Assembly (NCBI RefSeq): GCF_000027125.1
Contig: NC_017626.1
Source: Escherichia coli 042
Lineage (GTDB): Bacteria > Pseudomonadota > Gammaproteobacteria > Enterobacterales > Enterobacteriaceae
Direction: 5' to 3' (one strand)
DNA: 64,000 nucleotides
In this document: positions 1 to 16,663 of the stretch, piece after piece
How the letters are laid out: the number at the start of each line of letters is the position of its first letter
Position numbering within the stretch: the first letter of the stretch is position 1
Notes under the pieces: model-generated
Told to the model about the DNA's origin: nothing
Database searches by the model: none
What the model saw: only the letters and a program-made list of their open reading frames with translations
Translations under genes and position numbers: made by a program

Positions 1-1740
1 ACTATTGGTTATATCGTAGAAACGGAAGGACGTTCAGCAGTCTTATCTGAAAAAGAGAAAAAACTTTCTGCCGTGGTCAACCTGCTTAATCAGGCACTAG
101 GCGATCGCTATGATCTCTACATCGACTTACCACGTGAGGAGCGTATCCGCGCATTAAATGCAGAACTTGCCCCCATTACCGAAAATATCACTCACGCCTT
201 CCCTGGCATCGGCGCTGGTTATTACAACAAAACGCTGGATGCGATAATCACCTACGCGCCTTCAGCGCTATATCAGAATAATGTCGGCGTTACCATTGCC
301 GCAGATCACCCTGGTCGCGAAGTCATGCGTACAAATACCCCTTTGGTTTATTCAGGCAGGCAGGTGCGCGGCGATATTTTGAATTCAATGATCCCCATTG
401 AGCGTAATGGTGAAATCCTCGGCTATATCTGGGCCAATGAATTAACCGAAGATATTCGCCGCCAGGCCTGGAAAATGGATGTGAGGATTATCATTGTGCT
501 CACCGCCGGTTTGCTGATAAGCCTGCTGTTGATTGTCCTTTTCTCCCGTCGCCTGAGCGCCAATATTGATATCATCACCGATGGCCTCTCGACTCTGGCG
601 CAAAATATTCCCACTCGATTACCACAATTGCCCGGTGAAATGGGGCAAATCAGTCAGAGTGTTAACAACCTCGCCCAGGCACTGCGTGAAACGCGGACAC
701 TTAACGATCTGATTATTGAAAACGCTGCCGATGGCGTCATTGCCATTGACCGCCAGGGTGATGTAACCACCATGAACCCGGCAGCAGAAGTCATCACTGG
801 CTATCAACGTCATGAACTGGTAGGGCAGCCTTACTCCATGTTGTTCGACAATACTCAGTTCTACAGTCCAGTACTGGATACGCTGGAACATGGCACCGAA
901 CATGTGGCGCTGGAGATCAGTTTTCCAGGCCGTGACCGCACCATTGAACTCAGTGTCACTACCAGTCGTATTCATAACACGCATGGTGAAATGATAGGTG
1001 CTTTGGTGATTTTCTCTGATTTAACTGCCCGCAAAGAAACCCAGCGCCGCATGGCGCAAGCAGAACGCCTCGCCACACTGGGTGAGCTGATGGCTGGCGT
1101 CGCGCATGAAGTACGTAATCCGCTAACGGCTATTCGTGGTTATGTACAGATCTTGCGCCAACAAACCAGCGACCTAATACATCAGGAATATCTGTCCGTA
1201 GTACTCAAAGAAATCGATTCAATTAACAAAGTTATTCAGCAATTGCTCGAATTTTCACGTCCACGCCACAGTCAATGGCAACAAGTCAGTCTCAATGCAT
1301 TGGTTGAAGAAACTCTGGTACTGGTACAAACCGCCGGCGTACAAGCGCGGGTCGACTTCATAAGCGAACTGGATAATGAATTAAACCCGATTAACGCCGA
1401 TCGTGAACTGCTCAAACAGGTACTACTGAATATCCTGATCAATGCCGTCCAGGCTATCAGCGCACGAGGGAAAATTCGCATTCAAACCTGGCAATACAGC
1501 GACTCACAACAGGCCATTTCGATAGAGGACAACGGCTGTGGCATTGATCTCTCGCTGCAAAAAAAGATCTTCGATCCCTTTTTCACCACCAAAGCCTCTG
1601 GAACCGGGCTTGGTCTGGCGTTAAGTCAACGCATCATTAATGCCCATCAGGGTGATATTCGCGTCGCCAGTTTGCCGGGCTACGGCGCAACCTTCACGCT
1701 TATTTTACCGATCAATCCGCAGGGAAATCAGACTGTATGA
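1..1740 (+). CDS. atoS: Sensor histidine kinase AtoS, 5'-truncated at window edge (reading frame open from base 1)
   Basis: Frame open from position 1; H-box HEVRNPL, G-boxes DNGCGID and GTGLGL; stop overlaps atoC start (ATGA at 1737-1740). Confidence 0.9.
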   Translation, partial: TIGYIVETEGRSAVLSEKEKKLSAVVNLLNQALGDRYDLYIDLPREERIRALNAELAPITENITHAFPGIGAGYYNKTLDAIITYAPSALYQNNVGVTIAADHPGREVMRTNTPLVYSGRQVRGDILNSMIPIERNGEILGYIWANELTEDIRRQAWKMDVRIIIVLTAGLLISLLLIVLFSRRLSANIDIITDGLSTLAQNIPTRLPQLPGEMGQISQSVNNLAQALRETRTLNDLIIENAADGVIAIDRQGDVTTMNPAAEVITGYQRHELVGQPYSMLFDNTQFYSPVLDTLEHGTEHVALEISFPGRDRTIELSVTTSRIHNTHGEMIGALVIFSDLTARKETQRRMAQAERLATLGELMAGVAHEVRNPLTAIRGYVQILRQQTSDLIHQEYLSVVLKEIDSINKVIQQLLEFSRPRHSQWQQVSLNALVEETLVLVQTAGVQARVDFISELDNELNPINADRELLKQVLLNILINAVQAISARGKIRIQTWQYSDSQQAISIEDNGCGIDLSLQKKIFDPFFTTKASGTGLGLALSQRIINAHQGDIRVASLPGYGATFTLILPINPQGNQTV

Positions 1741-3122
1741 CTGCTATTAATCGCATCCTTATTGTGGATGATGAAGATAATGTTCGCCGTATGCTGAGCA
1801 CCGCTTTTGCACTACAAGGATTCGAAACACATTGTGCGAACAACGGACGCACAGCATTACACCTGTTTGCCGATATTCACCCTGACGTGGTGTTGATGGA
1901 TATCCGCATGCCAGAGATGGACGGCATCAAGGCACTCAAGGAGATGCGCAGCCATGAGACACGGACCCCCGTTATTCTGATGACGGCCTATGCTGAAGTG
2001 GAAACCGCCGTCGAAGCGCTACGCTGCGGGGCCTTCGACTATGTTATCAAACCGTTTGATCTCGATGAGTTGAATTTAATCGTTCAGCGCGCTTTACAAC
2101 TCCAGTCAATGAAAAAAGAGATCCGTCATCTGCACCAGGCACTGAGCACCAGCTGGCAATGGGGGCACATTCTCACCAACAGCCCTGCGATGATGGATAT
2201 CTGCAAAGACACCGCCAAAATTGCCCTTTCTCAGGCCAGCGTCTTGATTAGCGGTGAAAGCGGCACCGGGAAAGAGTTGATTGCCAGAGCGATTCACTAC
2301 AATTCGCGGCGGGCAAAGGGGCCGTTCATTAAAGTCAACTGCGCGGCGCTGCCGGAATCGTTGCTCGAAAGTGAACTGTTTGGTCATGAAAAAGGTGCAT
2401 TTACTGGTGCACAAACCTTGCGTCAGGGATTATTTGAACGTGCCAACGAAGGTACTCTGCTCCTCGACGAAATTGGCGAAATGCCGCTCGTACTGCAAGC
2501 CAAATTACTACGCATTCTGCAGGAACGGGAATTTGAACGGATTGGCGGCCATCAGACCATAAAAGTTGATATCCGCATCATTGCTGCCACCAACCGTGAC
2601 TTGCAGGCAATGGTAAAAGAAGGCACCTTCCGTGAAGATCTCTTTTATCGCCTTAACGTTATTCATTTAATACTGCCGCCTCTGCGCGATCGCCGGGAAG
2701 ATATTTCCCTGTTAGCTAATCACTTTTTGCAAAAATTCAGTAGTGAGAATCAGCGCGATATTATCGACATCGATCCGATGGCAATGTCACTGCTTACCGC
2801 CTGGTCATGGCCGGGAAATATTCGAGAGCTTTCCAACGTTATTGAACGCGCCGTCGTGATGAACTCAGGCCCGATCATTTTTTCTGAGGATCTTCCGCCG
2901 CAGATTCGTCAGCCAGTCTGTAATGCTGGCGAGGTAAAAACATCCCCTGTCGGTGAGCGTAATTTAAAAGAGGAAATTAAACGCGTCGAAAAACGCATCA
3001 TTATGGAAGTGCTGGAACAACAAGAAGGAAACCGAACCCGCACTGCTTTAATGCTGGGCATCAGTCGCCGTGCATTGATGTATAAACTCCAGGAATACGG
3101 TATCGATCCGGCGGATGTATAA
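1737..3122 (+). CDS. atoC: Sigma-54-dependent response regulator AtoC
   Basis: Receiver domain (ILIVDDE...D), AAA+ sigma-54 activator motifs GESGTGKE and GAFTGA, C-terminal HTH. Confidence 0.93.
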   Translation: MTAINRILIVDDEDNVRRMLSTAFALQGFETHCANNGRTALHLFADIHPDVVLMDIRMPEMDGIKALKEMRSHETRTPVILMTAYAEVETAVEALRCGAFDYVIKPFDLDELNLIVQRALQLQSMKKEIRHLHQALSTSWQWGHILTNSPAMMDICKDTAKIALSQASVLISGESGTGKELIARAIHYNSRRAKGPFIKVNCAALPESLLESELFGHEKGAFTGAQTLRQGLFERANEGTLLLDEIGEMPLVLQAKLLRILQEREFERIGGHQTIKVDIRIIAATNRDLQAMVKEGTFREDLFYRLNVIHLILPPLRDRREDISLLANHFLQKFSSENQRDIIDIDPMAMSLLTAWSWPGNIRELSNVIERAVVMNSGPIIFSEDLPPQIRQPVCNAGEVKTSPVGERNLKEEIKRVEKRIIMEVLEQQEGNRTRTALMLGISRRALMYKLQEYGIDPADV

Positions 3123-3133
3123 CGCCAAAACTT

Positions 3134-3173
3134 GCTATGCAGAAATTTGCACAGTGCGCAATTTTCTGCATAG
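3134..3173. promoter_or_regulatory. Inverted repeat of two 20-bp half-sites, candidate AtoC enhancer/operator upstream of atoD
   Basis: GCTATGCAGAAATTTGCACA / GTGCGCAATTTTCTGCATAGC near-perfect palindrome about 110 bp upstream of the sigma-54 promoter. Confidence 0.7.
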
Positions 3174-3255
3174 CCGCTCATTCTCCTTATGAATCCCCAT
3201 CTAATTTATCCCTTCATATTCAATTAGTTAAATAACAAAATCCAATAATCTCATT

Positions 3256-3272
3256 CTGGCACTCCCCTTGCT
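3256..3272 (+). promoter_or_regulatory. Sigma-54 (-24/-12) promoter of atoDAEB
   Basis: TGGCAC-N5-TTGCT match to the TGGCAC-N5-TTGCW consensus, about 45 bp upstream of the atoD ATG. Confidence 0.7.
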
Positions 3273-3317
3273 ATTCCATGACTGTACCCACAACGGTGTA
3301 TGCAAGAGGGATAAAAA

Positions 3318-3980
3318 ATGAAAACAAAATTGATGACATTACAAGACGCCACCGGCTTCTTTCGTGACGGCATGACCATCATGGTGGGCGGATTTATGGG
3401 GATTGGCACTCCATCCCGCCTGGTTGAAGCATTACTGGAATCTGGTGTTCGCGACCTGACATTGATAGCCAATGATACCGCGTTTGTTGATACTGGCATC
3501 GGTCCGCTCATCGTCAATGGTCGAGTCCGCAAAGTGATTGCTTCACATATCGGCACCAACCCGGAAACAGGTCGGCGCATGATATCTGGTGAGATGGACG
3601 TCGTTCTGGTGCCGCAAGGTACGCTAATCGAGCAAATTCGCTGTGGTGGAGCTGGACTTGGTGGTTTTCTCACCCCAACGGGTGTCGGCACCGTCGTAGA
3701 GGAAGGCAAACAGACACTGACACTCGACGGTAAAACCTGGCTGCTCGAACGCCCACTGCGCGCCGACCTGGCGCTAATTCGCGCTCATCGTTGCGACACA
3801 CTTGGCAACCTGACCTATCAACTTAGCGCCCGCAACTTTAACCCCCTGATAGCCCTTGCGGCTGATATCACGCTGGTAGAGCCAGATGAACTGGTCGAAA
3901 CCGGCGAGCTGCAACCTGACCATATTGTCACCCCTGGTGCCGTTATCGACCACATCATCGTTTCACAGGAGAGCAAATAA
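3318..3980 (+). CDS. atoD: Acetate/acetoacetyl-CoA transferase alpha subunit
   Basis: 220-aa ORF, CoA-transferase family A, operon position. Confidence 0.92.
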   Translation: MKTKLMTLQDATGFFRDGMTIMVGGFMGIGTPSRLVEALLESGVRDLTLIANDTAFVDTGIGPLIVNGRVRKVIASHIGTNPETGRRMISGEMDVVLVPQGTLIEQIRCGGAGLGGFLTPTGVGTVVEEGKQTLTLDGKTWLLERPLRADLALIRAHRCDTLGNLTYQLSARNFNPLIALAADITLVEPDELVETGELQPDHIVTPGAVIDHIIVSQESK

Positions 3981-4630
3981 TGGATGCGAAACAACGTATT
4001 GCGCGCCGTGTGGCGCAAGAGCTTCGTGATGGTGACATCGTTAACTTAGGGATCGGTTTACCCACAATGGTCGCCAATTATTTACCGGAGGGTATTCATA
4101 TCACTCTGCAATCGGAAAACGGCTTCCTCGGTTTAGGCCCGGTCACGACAGCGCATCCAGATCTGGTGAACGCTGGCGGACAACCGTGCGGTGTTTTACC
4201 CGGTGCAGCCATGTTTGATAGCGCCATGTCATTTGCGCTAATCCGCGGCGGTCATATTGATGCCTGCGTGCTCGGCGGTTTGCAAGTAGACGAAGAAGCA
4301 AACCTCGCGAACTGGGTAGTGCCTGGGAAAATGGTGCCCGGTATGGGTGGCGCGATGGATCTGGTGACCGGGTCGCGCAAAGTGATCATCGCCATGGAAC
4401 ATTGTGCCAAAGATGGTTCAGCAAAAATTTTGCGCCGCTGCACCATGCCACTCACTGCGCAACATGCGGTGCATATGCTGGTTACTGAACTGGCTGTCTT
4501 TCGTTTTATTGACGGCAAAATGTGGCTCACCGAAATTGCCGACGGGTGTGATTTAGCCACCGTGCGTGCCAAAACCGAAGCTCGGTTTGAAGTCGCCGCC
4601 GATCTGAATACGCAACGGGGTGATTTATGA
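3980..4630 (+). CDS. atoA: Acetate/acetoacetyl-CoA transferase beta subunit
   Basis: 216-aa ORF, 1-nt overlap (TAATG) with atoD. Confidence 0.92.
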   Translation: MDAKQRIARRVAQELRDGDIVNLGIGLPTMVANYLPEGIHITLQSENGFLGLGPVTTAHPDLVNAGGQPCGVLPGAAMFDSAMSFALIRGGHIDACVLGGLQVDEEANLANWVVPGKMVPGMGGAMDLVTGSRKVIIAMEHCAKDGSAKILRRCTMPLTAQHAVHMLVTELAVFRFIDGKMWLTEIADGCDLATVRAKTEARFEVAADLNTQRGDL

Positions 4631-5949
4631 TTGGTCGCATATCGCGTTTTATGACGCGTTTTGTCAGCCGGTGGCTTCCCGATCCACTGATCTTTGCCAT
4701 GTTGCTGACATTGCTAACTTTCGTGATCGCGCTTTGGTTAACACCACAAACGCCGATCAGCATGGTGAAAATGTGGGGTGACGGTTTCTGGAACTTGCTG
4801 GCGTTTGGTATGCAGATGGCGCTTATCATCGTTACCGGTCATGCCCTTGCCAGCTCTGCTCCGGTAAAAAGTTTGCTGCGTACTGCCGCCTCCGCCGCAA
4901 AGACGCCCGTACAGGGCGTCATGCTGGTTACTTTCTTCGGTTCAGTCGCTTGTGTCATCAACTGGGGATTTGGTTTGGTTGTCGGCGCAATGTTTGCCCG
5001 TGAAGTCGCACGCCGAGTACCCGGTTCTGATTATCCGTTGCTCATTGCCTGCGCCTACATTGGTTTTCTCACCTGGGGTGGCGGTTTCTCTGGCTCAATG
5101 CCTCTGTTGGCTGCAACACCGGGCAACCCGGTTGAGCATATCGCCGGGCTGATCCCGGTGGGCGATACTCTGTTCAGTGGTTTTAACATTTTCATCACTG
5201 TGGCGTTGATTGTGGTGATGCCATTTATCACCCGCATGATGATGCCAAAACCGTCTGACGTGGTGAGTATCGATCCGAAACTACTCATGGAAGAGGCTGA
5301 TTTCCAAAAGCAGCTACCGAAAGATGCCCCACCATCCGAGCGACTGGAAGAAAGCCGCATTCTGACGTTGATCATCGGCGCACTCGGTATCGCTTACCTT
5401 GCGATGTACTTCAGCGAACATGCCTTCAACATCACCATCAATACCGTCAACCTGATGTTTATGATTGCGGGTCTGCTGCTACATAAAACGCCAATGGCTT
5501 ATATGCGTGCTATCAGCGCGGCAGCACGCAGTACTGCCGGTATTCTGGTGCAATTCCCCTTCTACGCTGGGATCCAACTGATGATGGAGCACTCCGGTCT
5601 GGGCGGACTCATTACCGAATTCTTCATCAATGTTGCGAACAAAGACACCTTCCCGGTAATGACCTTTTTTAGTTCTGCACTGATTAACTTCGCCGTTCCG
5701 TCTGGCGGCGGTCACTGGGTTATTCAGGGACCTTTCGTGATACCCGCAGCCCAGGCGCTGGGCGCTGATCTCGGTAAATCGGTAATGGCGATCGCCTACG
5801 GCGAGCAATGGATGAACATGGCACAACCATTCTGGGCGCTGCCAGCACTGGCAATCGCCGGACTCGGTGTCCGCGACATCATGGGCTATTGCATCACTGC
5901 CCTGCTCTTCTCCGGCGTCATTTTCGTCGTTGGTTTAACGCTGTTCTGA
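4627..5949 (+). CDS. atoE: Short-chain fatty acid transporter
   Basis: 440-aa polytopic membrane protein, ATGA overlap with atoA. Confidence 0.9.
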   Translation: MIGRISRFMTRFVSRWLPDPLIFAMLLTLLTFVIALWLTPQTPISMVKMWGDGFWNLLAFGMQMALIIVTGHALASSAPVKSLLRTAASAAKTPVQGVMLVTFFGSVACVINWGFGLVVGAMFAREVARRVPGSDYPLLIACAYIGFLTWGGGFSGSMPLLAATPGNPVEHIAGLIPVGDTLFSGFNIFITVALIVVMPFITRMMMPKPSDVVSIDPKLLMEEADFQKQLPKDAPPSERLEESRILTLIIGALGIAYLAMYFSEHAFNITINTVNLMFMIAGLLLHKTPMAYMRAISAAARSTAGILVQFPFYAGIQLMMEHSGLGGLITEFFINVANKDTFPVMTFFSSALINFAVPSGGGHWVIQGPFVIPAAQALGADLGKSVMAIAYGEQWMNMAQPFWALPALAIAGLGVRDIMGYCITALLFSGVIFVVGLTLF

Positions 5950-5979
5950 CGGCAACCCTACAGACAGAAGGAATAAAAA

Positions 5980-7164
5980 ATGAAAAATTGTGTCATCGTC
6001 AGTGCGGTACGTACTGCTATCGGTAGTTTTAACGGTTCACTCGCTTCCACCAGCGCCATCGACCTGGGGGCGACAGTAATTAAAGCCGCCATTGAACGTG
6101 CAAAAATCGATTCACTACACATTGATGAAGTGATTATGGGTAACGTGTTGCAAGCCGGGTTGGGGCAAAATCCGGCACGTCAGGCACTGTTAAAAAGCGG
6201 GCTGGCAGAAACGGTGTGCGGATTCACGGTCAATAAAGTGTGTGGTTCGGGTCTTAAAAGTGTGGCGCTTGCCGCCCAGGCAATTCAGGCAGGTCAGGCG
6301 CAAAGCATTGTGGCGGGGGGTATGGAAAATATGAGTTTAGCGCCCTACTTACTCGATGCAAAAGCACGCTCTGGTTATCGTCTTGGAGACGGACAGGTTT
6401 ATGACGTAATCCTGCGCGATGGTCTGATGTGCGCCACCCATGGTTATCATATGGGGATTACCGCCGAGAACGTGGCCAAAGAGTACGGAATTACCCGAGA
6501 AATGCAGGATGAACTGGCGCTACATTCACAGCGTAAAGCGGCAGCCGCAATTGAGTCCGGTGCTTTTACAGCCGAAATCGTCCCGGTAAATGTTGTCACT
6601 CGGAAGAAAACCTTCGTCTTCAGTCAAGACGAATTCCCGAAAACGGATTCTACGACTGAAGCGTTAGGCGCATTGCGCCCGGCCTTCGATAAAGCAGGAA
6701 CAGTCACCGCCGGGAACGCGTCTGGTATTAACGACGGTGCTGCCGCTCTGGTGGTTATGGAAGAATCTGCGGCGCTGGCAGCAGGCCTTACCCCCCTGGC
6801 TCGCATTAAAAGTTATGCCAGCGGTGGCGTGCCCCCCGCATTGATGGGTATGGGGCCAGTACCTGCCACGCAAAAAGCGTTACAACTGGCGGGGCTGCAA
6901 CTGGCGGATATTGATCTCATTGAGGCTAATGAAGCATTTGCCGCGCAGTTCCTTGCCGTTGGGAAAACCCTGGGCTTTGATTCTGAGAAAGTGAATGTCA
7001 ACGGCGGGGCCATCGCGCTCGGGCATCCTATCGGTGCCAGTGGTGCTCGTATTCTGGTCACACTATTACATGCCATGCAGGCACGCGATAAAACGCTGGG
7101 GCTGGCAACACTGTGCATTGGTGGCGGCCAGGGAATTGCGATGGTGATTGAACGGTTGAATTAA
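5980..7164 (+). CDS. atoB: Acetyl-CoA acetyltransferase (thiolase II)
   Basis: 394-aa thiolase; motifs NKVCGSGLK and C-terminal GGGQG. Confidence 0.93.
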   Translation: MKNCVIVSAVRTAIGSFNGSLASTSAIDLGATVIKAAIERAKIDSLHIDEVIMGNVLQAGLGQNPARQALLKSGLAETVCGFTVNKVCGSGLKSVALAAQAIQAGQAQSIVAGGMENMSLAPYLLDAKARSGYRLGDGQVYDVILRDGLMCATHGYHMGITAENVAKEYGITREMQDELALHSQRKAAAAIESGAFTAEIVPVNVVTRKKTFVFSQDEFPKTDSTTEALGALRPAFDKAGTVTAGNASGINDGAAALVVMEESAALAAGLTPLARIKSYASGGVPPALMGMGPVPATQKALQLAGLQLADIDLIEANEAFAAQFLAVGKTLGFDSEKVNVNGGAIALGHPIGASGARILVTLLHAMQARDKTLGLATLCIGGGQGIAMVIERLN

Positions 7165-7174
7165 TCAATAAAAA

Positions 7175-7207
7175 CACCCGATAGCGAAAGTTATCGGGCG
7201 TTTTCTT
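7175..7207. terminator. Rho-independent terminator between convergent atoB and yfaP
   Basis: Stem CCCGATA...TATCGGG followed by CGTTTTCTT. Confidence 0.6.
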
Positions 7208-7237
7208 GAACATCGACGGCGAAGGTAACCCCATTAA

Positions 7238-8014
7238 TCACCAGTCAAAACTTTTCACCAGCGTCAGCTCGCCAGCATTACGCATCGGTACAATAAATGT
7301 TTCCTGTTTCTCATTGACCGATCCTTCATCGGTGATCAGCGTCAGTTGGGCGGTCGTCAATTCCGTTTCGCTGCGTCCGCCATAGTAGTTGATATACACC
7401 TGATAACGTCCGTGAATCGGCGCTGGCATGGCGAAAATCTCGGGGCCGTACCCCGTCGTGACATCCATATCCAGTGCACCACTGTTTTTCAGCACGGTGT
7501 TACCGTACCAGGCGTGTTCGCCATCAGGTGTAACAACGTGAAGGTCGAGGTCGGTATTGTCCGTATCCCAGGAGAGAACCAGCCGTAAACGCGCGCGGAT
7601 CACTCCAGCGCCCGGCGTTGAGTAAAACTGCATTTTTTGTCGGCTTTGCCCATCTGGGCTGATGACCTGCACGCTGTTGCTGCCTTCAGTGAAAATATAA
7701 GGGCGTGCAAATGAACCATCGGATTCAATTCTCTGCGGCATACTGGCACCGTTGACCACCAGCCGGCCCTGCTGAACTTTACCCGCCGCAGCACAATTCT
7801 TTATTTTGCCGCGGATCTGCGCTGAGATATTTTGATCATCTGCCATGTTGACGGACGACGCCGGGTAATTGATCGATTGTGAAAAACTGGCATCTTCGCC
7901 CTCTGCCGGATGCCAGCCAGAGAGCGGTGCATCAATCTCGACTTCCTGCACACCTTCGCCATGGGCAACAGGCGAAAGCGCCACCAGTAACAACGGAAGA
8001 AAAATCTTTCGCAT
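7238..8014 (-). CDS. yfaP: YfaP (DUF2135 family), last gene of yfaA-yfaP operon
   Basis: 258-aa ORF with signal peptide, tight operon context. Confidence 0.85.
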   Translation of the reverse strand: MRKIFLPLLLVALSPVAHGEGVQEVEIDAPLSGWHPAEGEDASFSQSINYPASSVNMADDQNISAQIRGKIKNCAAAGKVQQGRLVVNGASMPQRIESDGSFARPYIFTEGSNSVQVISPDGQSRQKMQFYSTPGAGVIRARLRLVLSWDTDNTDLDLHVVTPDGEHAWYGNTVLKNSGALDMDVTTGYGPEIFAMPAPIHGRYQVYINYYGGRSETELTTAQLTLITDEGSVNEKQETFIVPMRNAGELTLVKSFDW

Positions 8015-8018
8015 AGCA

Positions 8019-9668
8019 TTAGTCCATTAATAATTGTCGAGTCAGCGTTTCGATATAGTTCTCATCAAGCCCGGTGGGATAACCATCAAAGGCCAGGTGC
8101 AGATACTCATGGGTTAAATCCAGCCGATCCTGAAGCGTAAAGAAGTTACGAATAAACAGCCGTTTCTGCTGCCGATCGGTATAGGGGAAACCTGAGACTA
8201 AACGACAGACCGCAAACACGTCTGGTTCGTTGTACCCCGTCTCGCCTTGTAACATACGCCGCCACTGCGACATTTTTTTCGCCAGCCAGGCTTTCGCTTT
8301 GGGTAATAACTGGCAGGTTGAGCGCGGCGCTCCCCAGCGGCTAAGGCTATTGTCGGGATAAGCAAACGCGAGTATCTGATCGTAACGCTCTCCCTGCCCC
8401 GCCTGGGCCGTGGCTTGCCGCCAGGAAAGCGTCCCTTCGGTAGCGCGACTGCCATGATAATGAACCGGATCGCCCGCATAGATAAGATCCTGCGTCCAGG
8501 CGGTCATCGTTCGCGCCCCCGTGGTAGCTGGCGAAGCAGAAACACGTTGCGTGGCGCTACTGTCGGGGATGGTCAGGCAATCGCCTTCCCGATTGGCGTT
8601 TTGCTGTAAAAAAGTGCGAATCGCCACGGTCATGGCTTTCGCTGCCTCAGGGGGCGTACTTTTCGCCTCGCGATCCAGAACTCTGGCAACGTACTCTTCA
8701 CGATCGAGATGCGACTGCAATTTCAGTTTGCCCTTTTCGCTCAGTAAGGTCGTCTCACCGTGGCTGACAAACGTAATGTGGTTACCATTGGCAAACGTCA
8801 CACGATAGCGCCCATTAAGTACGCCGGGTTTTACTGCCGTCGAACTCTTCTCCGCCGTGATTTTCTTCAGCGGATAGCGGGCAAACAGCTCCACCAGGAC
8901 ACATTGCCCACTGGCAACTTGCGTCGGCACTGGCAAAACCCGATTAAGCACCGTCGCATAACGGGTCAGTACCGTTTTGCTGGTGCCGCTGCCAGTCACC
9001 CACAGCGGTGTACCATCGGTTAACCAGCCAGCAAAACCACCCTGACGGATTTCCTGCTTATCATCGGCAAACCAGCTCCAGGTTTTCACCCGTACCCGGC
9101 TACCGAGCATGGATGCAACTCCGATTTTCGTCTCGTCCAGCACCACATCCAGTAAGACTTCCTGAGCTTTGTTTTGCGCGGGTAACGTCGCTAATGAATC
9201 AAGCAGTGATTTAACCGTTACCGAGGTTTCTGGCTTCAGCGTAGTAAGAGACGCTAACCACGCAGGTGCCTGACGCTGTTGCCAGTATTGCCCCCATACA
9301 TCTGCGCCAATATGCAACCGCTGCGGCGCAAAATAGAGCCCACAGGAACGTACCAGCGCGGTATCGCGCGTTATGCTCTCCCCAGCCTGACAACAATAAA
9401 CCTCTTCCGGGGAGTTTCCGCGACACTGGTAGGGCTGCTCCGGTTGATGGGTATCCTCCAGCCAGGCGTAAACATACAGTTTCCACAAACTCCCTAACGG
9501 CGTGGTGAGTGTGTCAGGTAATGCCGAGACTTTGGTCACGCCTGATGACGACAGCTGATACAGTTGATCGTGCTGCGCGCCCCGCAGCGCCAGTTGTAAC
9601 GGCGTCTCCTCCGCAAGCGTTGGCAGAGTAACCAACGCCAATAGCCAGACGATTCTGCGCCAGTTCAC
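8019..9668 (-). CDS. yfaQ: YfaQ (DUF2300 family)
   Basis: 549-aa ORF with signal peptide; start abuts yfaS stop. Confidence 0.85.
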   Translation of the reverse strand: MNWRRIVWLLALVTLPTLAEETPLQLALRGAQHDQLYQLSSSGVTKVSALPDTLTTPLGSLWKLYVYAWLEDTHQPEQPYQCRGNSPEEVYCCQAGESITRDTALVRSCGLYFAPQRLHIGADVWGQYWQQRQAPAWLASLTTLKPETSVTVKSLLDSLATLPAQNKAQEVLLDVVLDETKIGVASMLGSRVRVKTWSWFADDKQEIRQGGFAGWLTDGTPLWVTGSGTSKTVLTRYATVLNRVLPVPTQVASGQCVLVELFARYPLKKITAEKSSTAVKPGVLNGRYRVTFANGNHITFVSHGETTLLSEKGKLKLQSHLDREEYVARVLDREAKSTPPEAAKAMTVAIRTFLQQNANREGDCLTIPDSSATQRVSASPATTGARTMTAWTQDLIYAGDPVHYHGSRATEGTLSWRQATAQAGQGERYDQILAFAYPDNSLSRWGAPRSTCQLLPKAKAWLAKKMSQWRRMLQGETGYNEPDVFAVCRLVSGFPYTDRQQKRLFIRNFFTLQDRLDLTHEYLHLAFDGYPTGLDENYIETLTRQLLMD

Positions 9669-16515
<6,847 letters not shown>

Positions 16516-16625
16516 TGCCACATTCCTTGTGTAAAGCCAGCCATTTTTTACGAGCACAGCAAAACTTTACCGCGCCCTAATACGACAAAAGCCCAGACTT
16601 TGCAGCCTGGACTTTTCAATTCAAA

Positions 16626-16648
16626 CAAGGGAGATAGCTCCCTTTTGG
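16626..16648 (-). terminator. Hairpin downstream of gyrA, candidate terminator
   Basis: GGGAG-ATAG-CTCCC stem-loop flanked by T/A runs. Confidence 0.4.
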
Positions 16649-16663
16649 CATGAAGAAGTAAAA

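Noticed and set aside
73-1740. Treating atoS as starting at the Met at 73
   Set aside because: The frame is open back to position 1 and the full-length sensor kinase is longer; the gene is truncated by the window edge.
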